Positions 1 to 11,880 of a stretch of DNA of 64,000 nt are shown here, in pieces. Position 1 is the stretch's first letter, and every line of letters begins with the position of its first letter. Below the pieces are notes generated by a model. That model did not search any database. It worked only from the letters and a program-made list of their open reading frames with translations, and was not told the DNA's origin. This stretch comes from Bispira polyomma. Its lineage: Eukaryota. A program made the translations under genes and the position numbers. The stretch covers positions 7,440,001 to 7,504,000 of the forward strand of contig OZ287753.1 in assembly GCA_965649765.1 (NCBI GenBank). The letters run 5' to 3'.

Positions 1-190
1 TTTCCTATAGGTTGATGTCATATCTCAAAACTGTAGGACCAATGATAAACGAGTTATAAGCACTTTTAAGTTTAACTACCCTCGTCTGACCTTGACAAAA
101 GGGCCCAAGGTCAAATCTGAATACATCAAAAGTCTCCCAGCCCATGGTTTCCTATAGGTTGGTTTCACATCTTAAAACTGTAGAACTACT
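1..190. repeat. Partial ~147-bp tandem unit with tgaccttgac/aaggtcaaa motifs (resembles Helentron-associated non-autonomous repeats)
   Basis: tttcctataggttg...aaaactgtag occurs at 1 and at 148. The family assignment is by motif recall only. Confidence 0.45.
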
Positions 191-1246
191 GTGTGATTCT
201 TACAATGGAGATGTACGGTTAACTCGACCATGGCGATTCTAACACAACCTCCCATGTGGTGAACAAACTATTGCAATAATTTTATTTAAAGTACTGGTTC
301 GCCCCAGCCGCACACCTTGGGGGGCAGAGTAGGGGGCACCGGACAGCCGTTAAACTCTCAACTCAATCACGGGGTGATCACTGGTGGATCCACATTGCTT
401 CAGCATACTGAGATCACAATTAAAATTCGCCGATCGACCTAGACTTTAGCAAATGCATACAAATTTGTAATACATCTTTACCTAGTTTAAAGACACTTTA
501 TTTCCTTTAGTCGGCTAAGTAGATAATTATCTATATTTTGCATTATACCACAGAAAATCTATGTTCAAAATAGGTTGGGTGAGAATGGTTTTATTTTTAT
601 TACTCTATATTTATAATGTAGAAGGAACTTATTTCATATAGCTAATAGGCAAATAGATTTTTAATAGTCAAATTTTTAACTTGAATATTCAGATACTAAG
701 AGTATTAACAAGGAAGTGCTAAAGTAAGGAATCTAAAATTTCCCACTGTATCTGAAATTCGCCTTCTAAAGAAGGTGATGAATTTTGGTTAATATTTGCT
801 GAAAATTGAAAGTTTTTGTGACTTTTACCTTTGTTATCTGAAGTCCAGTTATTTTTCGCCAGTTTGTATTTATTTGGCTGAAATGTTTGGTATGACAAAT
901 TTTAGATACAGTGGCTAATTTTAGATTTCTCACTCTACTGTATTTAGATCCAGATGGAATTGTTAGACAATATTTAAATGAGTAGCAGGCCTTGGCTCTC
1001 TTGATATATTGTTCAGGACATTTGTTCCCAGCTGTTATCACGGGTTCCTAGTGCATATTTGGCTCCAAAGGCACTTAGCAGCAAGATCCAAGAGCTTATT
1101 AAGGAAGTAGATGCAGAGGAGTCTGAAAAGAAATGGCATTGGTTTACATATAAACAATTATATAATGTCTTATCCATCAGTCAATTATCATCAGAGTATA
1201 ATCAAAAGTTTGTATTTGAAATTTGTTTACATCCATTATTGTAGGT

Positions 1247-1305
1247 ATTGTATTATGGATTTTTAACTCGCCTTATTGATGCAAGGCATCTTTAAAGTGC
1301 AACAA
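1247..1305 (-). mobile_element. Short 3'-end fragment of the L2 family seen at 17575 and 44611
   Basis: tattatggatttttaactcgccttattgatgcaaggcatctttaaagtgcaaca aligns to 17585-17640. Confidence 0.7.
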
Positions 1306-2042
1306 AACATACTCAGTTAACCAACAGAGAAGTCCAAAAACATAGCAAGGTCATAAGGAATGATGTTGTTATTAATTTCTTACAATTTAATCATATATAT
1401 AAATATTAAAAATGCCTTGAGCTTAAAGCAATCATTTTATTAGTGTACGTTTAAAACAACAACAACACATACATTCACTTTTACCCTAACTATAAAAACC
1501 TAAACTCTAAAAATAGTCATAACAGAACATTATTTTGACAACCAGTGTGGTGCTGTAAAAAGTCAAATCTCCCTTCTCATATACATACACTGACGGTCAC
1601 AATGTGTGTCCAGGTCATGGTTGGTTTATTTTTTTCTTCGTTGGTTCTTTTCATTAATTTGAAAACAACATAAATATCTGTTAAACTGAACTTTAACTAA
1701 ATTGTCCATTTAATAATACAACTCTCCACAGAAGAACCTTGGAAAGGAAATGGGAAAGGGAATCAGTACTAGTACAATAGCCAGAAACTGGGAGTGGGGT
1801 GGGGGACTAGTAATAAAAGAGGGAGGTGGGAGGGGGGAATTTCTGAGGAAACTTCATACATACTACATTCATGGAAGACAACTTTTGTTCTGTGTGTGTG
1901 AAAAAATATAGCACAGCTATACAATACTTTTTACATAAAATTGTAAAATAAAACATTTTGGAGGTTTTATAGTCAACATTTTTGTTATAATTTTTTAATA
2001 ACTATTAATTATGTCTCGTATAATGTGGTAGATTATTGGACG

Positions 2043-2048
2043 TTTATT
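2043..2048 (-). terminator. Candidate polyadenylation signal AATAAA of gene A
   Basis: tttatt on the plus strand, about 30 nt after the stop codon. Confidence 0.5.
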
Positions 2049-2078
2049 CATAATATATGATATAGTGTCAGCGGCGGT

Positions 2079-2107
2079 TTACTGGACCTGTGACCAAATG
2101 GTTTGAT
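2079..2107 (-). CDS. Gene A putative terminal coding exon DQTIWSQVQ*
   Basis: Strong acceptor ttttcttatag|, correct phase 1, TAA at 2081-2079, AATAAA about 30 nt downstream. Confidence 0.65.
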
Positions 2108-5100
2108 CTATAAGAAAAATTTACTTAAAATATTTGTTTTGTGTAACTATCATCTTTCCATTTAGACAGTGGTTGTATATTGATTAATTTAATAGCTATA
2201 CACAATAGTATAACTTATGGCCAACCTATTAGGACTTTCTTACATAAATAGTATTATTTGGAAATATTGCCGTATATTTCCCCTTTGAAAAGAACATAAT
2301 AAACTGATGTCAGATTTACAACGATTTGCTATATAGAGAACTCTGTCCCTCGCCATGCGTACCATCAGTAAATCTAAGCATTGTTGAGAGAAAACTTGGT
2401 CTATAACTAAAGTAGCGACCGTAACATCACTGCAGTTATGCAGCCCAGAAGTTGGGCCTCACACCTGCACATTGCAAACTAGTCATTCTCTTGTGTGAAA
2501 AAAAAATTATCAAAAAAAAAAACAAAACATTATTTCAGATTTGAATTTTTCCCTTTGGTTTAACTTACCAGGTACCCTCAGTATATGGTTCTCGAAATCC
2601 ATTGCAAACACTAACTAGTAACTAGTTCGCTATTTTCAGACTCATCAGTAACTTGCTTTGTAGTGGCAACTCATGCCGCAAGGCCATTTTCCTCTTTTCT
2701 AAAGTGTTTTAAGTGTTCTAAGCTCAACAGGGATAGGGTGAAATAAAGGTAACTTGGAACCGAACAATGTACTAGGTTTAACATGTACATGTACAAGAAG
2801 AACCATATAAAAAGTCTTCAAGCACAGTTTGTTACCAGTAATGGTTTTTACAAAGATTCCTATTCTTAAATTTTTGTCTCCAGCAATTCGATTAGGTGAA
2901 AATATTGTGTCAAAACTTTCAATTTTGATTAGCTGAGATTAAGAAAATTCTAATAATTTGTATTCTAAGAATGTGTGTGAATATGGCCCCTGATTTTTAT
3001 ATACAGGCCAATCTTCATCTGGCGAAGTCTTTACACTAATGTACAAAAGATGTATTTTTTTACATTAATTACAATACCTGTGTCGCAGAAGGTGCCAGAA
3101 TATCCCTGAGGACAGTCACAGAAGTAATCCATCTCCTGGGCTTTACATGTAGCATTGTTAGTACACAGGTGATTAGAGCAGGGGCTGGCTGTAGCGTCTG
3201 GTGTGACTGGAAGAATCAGAGGCCAGGATAAAATATATGTTGCTGCTCTCCACACTTTGTACTGCTGTAACAAAGTCTCTTTTTAACAGGTTTTAGGGTT
3301 CTGAGGTTTATGACCCAGGGGTCAAATGGTCTTTAGTCTTAACATAGTCTTAAGCTTAACCTTCTAAAATATTTTTGACCGCCTACTGACCGCCTACTGT
3401 TGGGCTTAGTAAAAAGAGCAAAATTAACACTAACCAAAATTCTTTCTTATTGTCCCTGGAACTAACACCAAAATCTTGTCAATCAAAATCAAACACCAAA
3501 ATCTTCAGATTAAGACCAAGAACTTTTGTGAATACGGCCCCTGTTTTGTGAATACGGTCCCTGTTTTGTGTAGAGTTTAAGTTGGTAAGATCTTAATTGT
3601 TTTACCTGGTACAGCTGTGACGCTAATATTGAAGCCATGTCTGTTTTGTCCTGCAAAACCTGGATCTGTGTGAAACACCAAGCTCATCTGGTTGTTTTCT
3701 ATGGTAATGATGTTTGTGGGCTGGTTTCCATTACAGAGGCTAAAGGGTGAACACATTGTGCAGTTGTGTGACAATATAAAATACATACAAAACCATATAT
3801 ACATGCACACATAGTATATAGTGACATGATTATTTTTTTGTTACTGGATACTGCATAACCCTGAATATTTATAATTTTATTCAATTAGCATGCAAGTGAA
3901 AAACTAAAATCTAACAAGAATCTAAAACAGCGTGTCATAACAGGTAAATTGCCAGGTTTTTGTCATGGAAACATTTTAACAGGACTTTTATGATGGCATA
4001 TTAGCCATGTAATGACATAGTTATCTGTCCATTTTCTCTCAATTAAAGTAGATAAAACTTAAACCAAGGTGCAGTTTTTTGTTATGTCTATAGCAGCATC
4101 TTCATGGTTTACTCACACATAAACTTCATCAGCAGGGCTTGTATCTTGTAGACTGTAGATGATTACCAGATCATAAATGCATGGGCAGAATCTACACAAA
4201 TACAAACACAATGTCAAAACAAGGCGTACGTGTAGATAAGCACTCGGTTCACCGTGGCCTAGTGGTTATGGAGTTGGTCGAAAGATCAAAATGTGCCAGG
4301 TTCTACTCCCGGTGCTGGCTGCTAGTTTCATTAGTGTGATAAGTTTGCCTAGTGGCTCGGATGACCACTTAAAATGGCGGTCCTCTGTCACTGGTTTCTG
4401 TCCCCAGTAGCAGGCTAAAGATCCTTGGGAATGTTGATAAATGGTCATCCGCAAGTCTCTCTTCCTTCAGTTAGGGGAATGACAGCAACTGATGCAGTTG
4501 ACTGTTACAGTCAGGAAAAGGGTAATTAGCGCTCTGAATACCAGATGAAGGTAGATATATGCGCTGAATATAAATAAATGTGTACTTGTGAAATGAGCAG
4601 TGATTTTGTTTAAATCTCTTTAACACCGCTGTCGATGGAACTAAAAATATTACTGAAACTATTTATGCTATTTATACATTTGTTATATGAAACTTATAAA
4701 GGTATGAACATTTCTATCTTTATGGTGATTATGAAAAAAGATTGCTGTAATTCCATACCTTACAATGTCTTCATCAGAAAAGAAGTCGTAGCTTGCATAA
4801 CTTTTAACATTGTCACTGTAATCACTTAAACAGTCAATGGCAGCTGAATGGTCCACATCAAATTTATTGAAGGTAAGCTGCAAAGTAAAACAGACTGGTT
4901 GGGAATATTCTTCAACCGCCTCACAATCTAAGTAAAGGTTGTGAAACCTTCAATTGGCATAAGATTTCACTAGATATGCCCTATTGACTCGTGATAGTAT
5001 ATATGAACATCAGGGGCCATGTTTACAAACATTCTTAGAATACAATTCTTATGACTTTCTTTGTCTCAGCTCATGAAAACTTTTGACACAATATTTTCAG

Positions 5101-8100
5101 CCAAGTAAATTGCTTTAGACAAAAATTTGATAACATGATTTTGAATGCAACAACGACTGCAGCTTGGTATAAACATTGTCTGCATTAGGGCTGCAATTGT
5201 AATTGTAATTAGACTTTTGTCGCGCTTAATCTCCCCTTAACAAAGTGGACTCTAATGCGCACCAGCACAAAAGACAGTAATCCAATTTCCAAAATCAAGG
5301 GACAGAAAAGGGCCAGTACCACAGAGCATGCCGGGGGATGATTGAGACTAAGGTGGGTATGCTTTAGTGTACAAGTGAGTTTTAAGCTGCTTTTTAAAAC
5401 AGGCTTGTGAGGGGGAAGCCCGAATCACATCAGGAAGAGCATTCCAAACAATAGGAGCATCAAATGCCAAGCTGTGACGAAACTGTTTAACCGACTTTTG
5501 AGTAGATGGGTGGAACTTCGGCACAACAAGGAAATTACTACCACTCTGACTACGTCTGGTATTGTAGGAACTACTGTAAGTGGAAAGATATGGGGCAAAA
5601 TACTTTGGAAACCGAGTGTGAAGAAACTTTTAAACAAGTGTAGCTGTCTTAAACATTGAACGCTGTTCAACAGGGAGCGAATGCAATTTCTTAAGAACAG
5701 GAGTTATACTGGTGTATCGACTGGTGTTTGATGCAATTCTAGCTGCACTATTTTGAATGCATTGTAATTTACGTAAATTAAACTTTGAAAGATTCCTGAA
5801 AAGCGAATTGTAGTAATCCAGTCTACTACTGACAAAAGCATTGGCCACAAGTATAGAAGCATCATAAGTGAGAAACTGCCTGACACGTCTAAAGTCCCGG
5901 AGTTGCACAAAACAGCTTTTGCAGACACTCTGAACGTGTTTAGAGAAAGAAAAGTCAGAGTCAAACCATACACCCAGGTTCTTGACAGAATCAGCTGGGC
6001 TGAAAGGGCTACCCAGGATGTCAACTTGAAACAATGCTTTCAACTTATCCCTCTGTTGTTTTGAGCCAAAGATTATGAACTCAGTCTTGTTGGGATTAAG
6101 TTTGAGTTTACCAGTTGACATCCACTCTTTCACATCGTCAAGGCACCTGTTCAACTGTTCAAAGGCAGTAGATGTGTTCTTATGGGATAGGTGCACATAA
6201 ATTTGGGTATCATCTGCATAAAAATGAAACTTTATACCTGTGTATTTGCCAATAACCAATCTGAGAGGGGCAGTGTATAATGAGAACAACAGAGTGCCCA
6301 AAACAGAACCTTGAGAAACACCAAACAAAAGTTTGCAAAGATCGGACAAAGTAGAGCCAATTTTTATCGACTGATAACGATCAGTTAAGTAGGAAGTGAA
6401 CCATTTGAGAACAGAGCCCCTAACTCCAAACCAAGTCTGAAGACAACTGAGAAGCGCTGAATGATCAATAATGTCAAAGGCAGCAGAGAGGTCGAGCAAT
6501 ACCAGGGCAGTAGGTTCCCCTCTTGACAAAGATAGGTAAACTTTATTTCTTATAGACAGAAGAGCTGTCTCAGTCGAATGACCTGTTTTATACGCAGACT
6601 GGTATGGGTTGTCTAAGTCATGGACAAAGATGTGATCTAACAGTTGCCTAGCAGTTGCAATGACCTTATATGGGTCATATTGCTGGTTGTTGTCAGGAAA
6701 TTTCACATGTCGTAAAAATAATAAGGGGCGGTGAATGGTTTGATTAGCAATGTCTGGTCTGATAATGATAACCATAACGGGTCTGTACCATGAAATTGGA
6801 CTTTTGTTTTATAATATTCAACTTAATCTTGACTTGATATGTTTGACCGTCATCTTAATACTTTTGTACGACCCATAGCTCAGAAAAAAGTTATGGCAGG
6901 AAAGTTCATTATTATTCACAAACAATAATTAGGTAATATATGACGTCAGATGTCAATCTGAACCAAGACTTATGACTTAAATTAAACTGTAACATATTGT
7001 CACATCTATGGAACCTGCTATGAGAGGAAGAACATATTCAGTGAAGGTAACCATAAAGATCAATGGCTGCCATTACTATAGTTTGACATTTGTTTACATT
7101 ATTGTGTCAATGAGTTTTGGGTTTTAGCAAAGATAATGGTATTTTTGTAGTGCTCGCTGTCTTATTTGCCACTCTAAGATACTTAGAAATTATATGAATT
7201 TCTTTACTTAATTTGTCGTAACTATTTTACCTTCGTAACACTAGTTGGTTATCTTGTAATAAATGTAAATGTGATGCATTTATATAGCGCTTTCTCTTGG
7301 TAGCTCAAAGCACTGTACACAGTTTACGCCCCCTCAGCCTGGGTTTTTTTACTTGTCAACTAGTTGTTCAGTCTCAGCTCCCTATGGGAGAATACTGCAG
7401 AGAAGATCGAACCTGGGAACCTCTGATTCAAAGTTGAAACACTGTAAGCATTAGACCACAGATACCTTAATACATAGAAACTTCACCTGTATGTTTAAAC
7501 CTGGATCTGCAAATATAGTCCATGTACAGTGTATGTTGTCTGGATATGTGTCTGGATAGCCCACAGATGTGAGGTCCAGTAAACTAGCCTCTGTCAGGTT
7601 GATCTCCTCCCCACATTCTGCTCACAGAAAAAAATAGATCTGTTTTACTCACTGTTTTACTCTGTATGTTACATATGTTCTGTATTGTGGTAAATTATCT
7701 CAAATGCCTAATTTTTACCAGTCCTTTGCTTGATTATTTTTATAATTGTAGTGAAATATTGCGACAAACAATTAGGGGTTTTACGCTTGCAGAAACACAC
7801 TTCTCAGAAAATTTAGTTGGTGCTCCTCCACCGATGGCAAAGTAGAATTACTGAAGGCTTATTGTACTAGTTTTTGTTGCTGTCCTATCTGGCCAAACTA
7901 CAACATACCAACTTTTAACAAAATTGCAGTGGCATACATTAATGTTATTCGGCAGTTACTGTGATATGGATACAGAGACAGTGCTAGCAATATGTTTGTG
8001 AACAATGATATTCCATTGCTTAACTGTTATCCTGAGAAAAAGCATGCAACGTAAATCTAAGCAATTATATAAACACATAAAGGTATACCACTAGTACAGT

Positions 8101-11100
8101 TTTGTCCATAGAAGCCACTGGTACAGACACAGTTGTAGTCCATGTCATCAGTCTCACTCTGAACACAGCTACCATTGTTTGCACAGGGCTCTAACTCACA
8201 TCCTTACAAAATATAGGTTAAAGATTACCAATATATGTCTCTTAATAGATTGTCCAATAAAATTGATGTCAGTTTATAGTAAGCCTATGCTTCCTTTTAG
8301 CCGATATTTGTAGACCGACTTCAGCAGACATCGGCCGAATATTTCAGTCACTGTATGTGTAAGGAACGGCTTCCTTTCAGCAGTTTTTCGTCAGATCCGA
8401 TCAGATGTCGAGAGAAGTCTGTCCCATCATCAGATGTAATCGGTCATGGGGCGAAAAAATCGAGACGTAGGTCCGATTTTTCAATCTTAAATATCAATCC
8501 ATTACCTAATGGATTTTGATGGAACACAAAAGCACAATAATCGCAATAAAAAAGGCTGTCTCACACAATTCCACCAATGAATATTTAGTACATATCTGAT
8601 GAAAGGAAGCGCTACATTGGCTGATGTCGACTCATCTCGGACTTTAATAAATCGGCCGATATCGGGATCAGCTGAAAGGAAGCCTAGGCTTAGTTATCCC
8701 TGCTATAATTCAGCTTATGAAGTATACTCTTGTGGTAACTGACATAGAATTACTGGGTTTTTTTCAACTACATGTATGTTTTTAGTAATTTATGGTTGAC
8801 TGACATTAATTGTTTTGTTGTAATTTCTTGGTGCCTGTAACTAAAACATAGAATAAATTATTATACTTGTTGGTCCTGACTGTTCTTATATCCGTCAATT
8901 TATAAATACTGCTAAATGTGTGGTGAGAGACACTAAAACAGACAAAGTTTGATGGTAGATGTACAAACCACAGAGGACTGTGCACGTGTTGACAGGCCGA
9001 GTGCTGCTACCCGAGCAGTTAGCGCCCCCATTCTGCGGGGGAGGGTTGTCACAGGTCCTGACCCGTACATTAAACCCCTGACCACAGTCCACGTCACAGA
9101 TCTCAGTCTCACTCCAGGATGACCACACTCCATTTACTAGTAACAAAAAGACGGATCTCTGAAGTTATAGGTGAAACAATGGCTTCTCTAACAAAACACT
9201 GACTTGAATGTAAAACAGACCAAAGGTATGTCTAATATATCTCTAACTCATAAGTAAAGAAAAGACTTCTCTAACACAACACTGAGTTGTATGTAAAACA
9301 GACCAAAAGTATGTCTAATAGATGCTTAAATTACAAGTCAAACAAAGGCTTCTCTGAAAGACACTGACTTGAATGTAAAACACACCAAATGTGTGTCTAA
9401 TAGATGCTTAACTTATAAGTAAAGAAAAGGCTTCTCTAAAAAACACTGACTTTAATGTAAAACACACCAAAGGTGTGTCTAATAGATCCTTAATTTATAA
9501 GTAAAGAAAATGCTTCTCTAACACAACACTGACTTGAATGTAAAACACACCAAAGGTGTGTCTAATAGATTTCTAACTCTTTATGTTGAGCAAATCAAAG
9601 AGTTTTAACTAGATTTCTTGCTACAGGTAAAGCAGAAAAGAATTGCCTAACAGATTTTGTTAGTTTAAACATACTTTATTTTCAATTCACAGAAACTATA
9701 CTGCACTGAGTTCATCATTCACATGTTTGGGGCTGAAACCTAAAGACATACATATGAATTGTACCTGGAGCTCAAAAAACTTGGCTAGAAGTTTAACTAC
9801 AGTACACTGGAACAGCCGACATTTGATACACTAGTAAGTATGTGGCTTCAGATGTGAAATCAATGACCCACATAAATGGCCTGCTTTCTGCTATGTCGAT
9901 GCCCAGGGTATTTTTCAATAAAATAGCCTGTCAGATTGAATTAGCTATGGGAAGGTATCAGGATGTATCTTGGTAAAAAAGGACACACTTTTTGTCCCAC
10001 CAAAATCATTCAAATTTACAGCACTTGCTAGGTGTAATAGTCTACCTACTGGTCTTTTCAATTAGACAAGGATTTACAGGCTTCAGGAAAAAGCTCAAAA
10101 CACAGCCGTATCAACGCTTTTCTGCCTTAACTTTCGTTTCCTGGTCACGACTGAACTCTGATCACAAACTTTCACCTATCAGACTATTCTTTTGATTACT
10201 GTGTGCCACAGAAGATGTTCAGCCATTGATTGTGGTACTATAGAAGTAAAAACATCAACTAGTTCCATGTAAACATACATATAAACGTCTTGTACAATAG
10301 AGATATGTTGTTGGTATTTCAAGTGATAATACAGACTTTCTGCTTTTCCTTTTGCCCAGTGCATTTTGCAATAAACCATCCCAGTTTGTACGCCAGAGGT
10401 GTAAAATAGTAGAAATTCTGATCAATAGAACCAGTACAGATGAGATTGTTCTATGTAGACTACTACATCAGTGTAATACATACAGTCTTGTCAGTGTGGG
10501 TATATTTACAGAAACATTCATAGGAATGACAGACTATGTAAAAGATTTAATAGGAATAAAGTTGATGATGAGAAACATGTATTACTAAAATGTACTTTAT
10601 TCGAAAGTGAAAGAATCATTTAAAAATTGTACACCAAAATGTTCCAGACCTTGGTGTCCTGTTTGAAAGTAAAAAAAAATTAGAAATGTTCTTGTCGCAT
10701 TCATCAAGTTTTTTTTTCTGCAACATAAATTCTCCCACATTATGTTTTAAATAGTCCTTTATTTTTACTTGTGTATCGTAAGTGTACCACCTGGGTGTTA
10801 ATATTTATATGGTTAAAATATTATTCTACTGAAATGGTATTTTAACATGTGACATATAAATAAAAGATATTCCATTATAGGAACAACACCTGACAAACCA
10901 TGGTATAGGCAGAATTTTACCATAACTCAAGGTTCAGGCTCACGAAGGCGAAACCTGTAATAGCATGACAAATTGATAAAAAAGATAAAACTTGACTTAA
11001 ATAAAATAAAATAATTACCATTTTCAGTCATAAACACTCGGAAACACCGGCTGGTTAAAATTTTACTTACATTTGCATTGGTTACTGATGGAACAGCCTA

Positions 11101-11250
11101 TATGAGTATGTACAGAATTTTACCGAGGCTATCGGCCAATCAGAATCGCGAAAAATAGTTGCGTCATGCTAGAATCTATTCTATACCTGGGTTTTGTGAG
11201 TAGGCCAGCTGTAAGCAGGATGCTGTAAGTAAGAGGTAGAGCCAGCACAT
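2079..11250 (-). CDS. Gene A: secreted TSP1-EGF-CUB-EGF protein, about 320 aa, 9 coding exons (spliced model)
   Basis: Exons, all GT-AG with compatible phases: 11187-11250, 8969-9136, 8089-8202, 7487-7617, 4759-4877, 4117-4191, 3606-3739, 3078-3206, 2079-2107. They sum to 963 nt = 320 aa + stop, open throughout, with recognisable domains. Confidence 0.88.
2845..2992. mobile_element. MITE fragment with CAGGGGCC(A/G)TATTCACA terminus
   Basis: Its reverse complement aligns to 5011-5140; the same terminus occurs at 3524-3563. Confidence 0.6.
3078..3206 (-). CDS. Gene A exon: EGF-like domain 2
   Basis: VTPDATASPCSNHLCTNNATCKAQEMDYFCDCPQGYSGTFCDT; six Cys; phase 1-1. Confidence 0.9.
3316..3570. 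mobile_element. MITE remnant with a tandemly duplicated terminal repeat
   Basis: caggggtc at the left; ttttgtgaatacggcccctg repeated about 2.5 times at the right. Confidence 0.5.
3606..3739 (-). CDS. Gene A exon: CUB domain part 4
   Basis: LCNGNQPTNIITIENNQMSLVFHTDPGFAGQNRHGFNISVTAVP matches the CUB C-terminal F.TD...GF motif; phase 2-1. Confidence 0.9.
4117..4191 (-). CDS. Gene A exon: CUB domain part 3
   Basis: FCPCIYDLVIIYSLQDTSPADEVY contains the CUB C-x-Y-D motif; tgtgtag| and |gtgagt; phase 2-2. Confidence 0.82.
4247..4580 (+). mobile_element. tRNA-derived SINE
   Basis: A box TGGCCTAGTGG, B-box-like GGTTCTACTCC, body ggatgaccacttaaaatggcggtcc, A-rich tail; second copy at 11706-11880. 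Confidence 0.75.
4759..4877 (-). CDS. Gene A exon: CUB domain part 2
   Basis: LTFNKFDVDHSAAIDCLSDYSDNVKSYASYDFFSDEDIV(R); tttgcag| and |gtatgg; phase 0-2. Confidence 0.82.
5011..5140. mobile_element. MITE fragment, inverted copy of 2845-2992
   Basis: caggggccatgtttacaaacattcttagaatac... aligns to the reverse complement of 2860-2992. Confidence 0.6.
5193..6665 (-). mobile_element. 5'-truncated L2/CR1-group LINE (reverse transcriptase) in a gene A intron
   Basis: ORF 5630-6775 has QSAYK..HSTETAL, LDLSAAFD, QGSVLG, YADD and LNP.KTE; 3' tail is a (CAATTA)n-type repeat at 5193-5211. Confidence 0.93.
7258..7465 (-). mobile_element. Degenerate tRNA-derived SINE with L2-like tail
   Basis: B box GGTTCGATC (plus strand gatcgaacc) near 7405; L2-type tail tttatatagcgct...caaagcactgtaca. 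Confidence 0.55.
7487..7617 (-). CDS. Gene A exon: CUB domain part 1
   Basis: ECGEEINLTEASLLDLTSVGYPDTYPDNIHCTWTIFADPGLNIQ matches the CUB N-terminal CG...S.GYP..YP.N..C.W.I motif; phase 1-0. Confidence 0.9.
8089..8202 (-). CDS. Gene A exon: EGF-like domain 1 (absent from the ORF track)
   Basis: GCELEPCANNGSCVQSETDDMDYNCVCTSGFYGQNCTS; six Cys; 114 bp, phase 1-1, aag|...|gtat. Confidence 0.9.
8282..8690. mobile_element. MITE with ~25-bp terminal inverted repeats, flanked by TA
   Basis: ta|agcctatgcttccttttagccgat ... atcagctgaaaggaagcctaggct|ta; a related fragment lies at 25311-25490. Confidence 0.75.
8969..9136 (-). CDS. Gene A exon: thrombospondin type-1 repeat
   Basis: VNGVWSSWSETEICDVDCGQGFNVRVRTCDNPPPQNGGANCSG...C contains the WxxW, CxxxCG and RxRxC motifs; 168 bp, phase 1-1. 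Confidence 0.92.
9155..9580. repeat. Minisatellite, about 5 units of 82-83 bp
   Basis: cttctctaac...acactgacttgaatgtaaaaca..ccaaagg recurs at 9181, 9264, 9347, 9429 and 9511. Confidence 0.9.
11187..11250 (-). CDS. Gene A first coding exon: signal peptide MCWLYLLLTASCLQLAYSQNP
   Basis: ATG at 11250, hydrophobic core, AYS|Q cleavage-like motif, phase-1 donor CAG|gtatag. An acceptor ttttatcag at 11300 implies a further upstream 5'UTR exon. Confidence 0.8.
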
Positions 11251-11705
11251 CTCTGCACTCACAACTAGAATACACAAACAGCTGGGTCTGTAGTTAGATC
11301 TGATAAAACACACAGTGAGTTATGTCCTAGGCTATGCTTGTTTATTATTATTAGTAAAATTTATATAGTGCCTTATTATAGTTATTCAAAGCGCTTAACA
11401 AATAAAATCATAACGTTACCATTAGTGATAAAAATGATAGTACATAAAATGACTAAACAAGATATATATGTAAAGAAGAGATTGTATAAAATAAAACTGT
11501 AGCTTAAAAAGTAGTTACATACATAGAAATAAAAGTCATAAAATAAACTGGAGGAAACACAAAATATTGAATATAACAGTTTAAAAGTTGTTAACAGTTT
11601 TAAAAGGTGTTAAGGTATGGCTAATTCAAATGATTGTGTAGATGTGCTGGATCGTAATAGACAACCCTAAAGCTTGTTATCTGTGCTTGATGGAGATATT
11701 ACTCA

Positions 11706-11880
11706 GTGACAGAGGACTGCCATTTTAAGTAGTCATCCGAGCCACTAGGCAAACTTGTGTTTACATATTGCCTAATGATGTTATCCCACCAAATGAAACT
11801 AGTGGCCGGTACTGGGACTTGAACCAAGGAACTTCTGATCATGAGACCAACACTCCAACCACTAGACCACGGTGGATCCC
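11706..11880 (-). mobile_element. tRNA-derived SINE, 3'-truncated copy of the 4247 family
   Basis: Reverse complement aligns to 4247-4393 with a ~26-bp insertion; B box GGTTCAAGTCC. Confidence 0.75.

Noticed and set aside
2560-2700. Extra gene A exon at a donor-like aacttacc site
   Set aside because: No convincing acceptor with an in-frame, domain-like translation; the model closes cleanly with 2079-2107.
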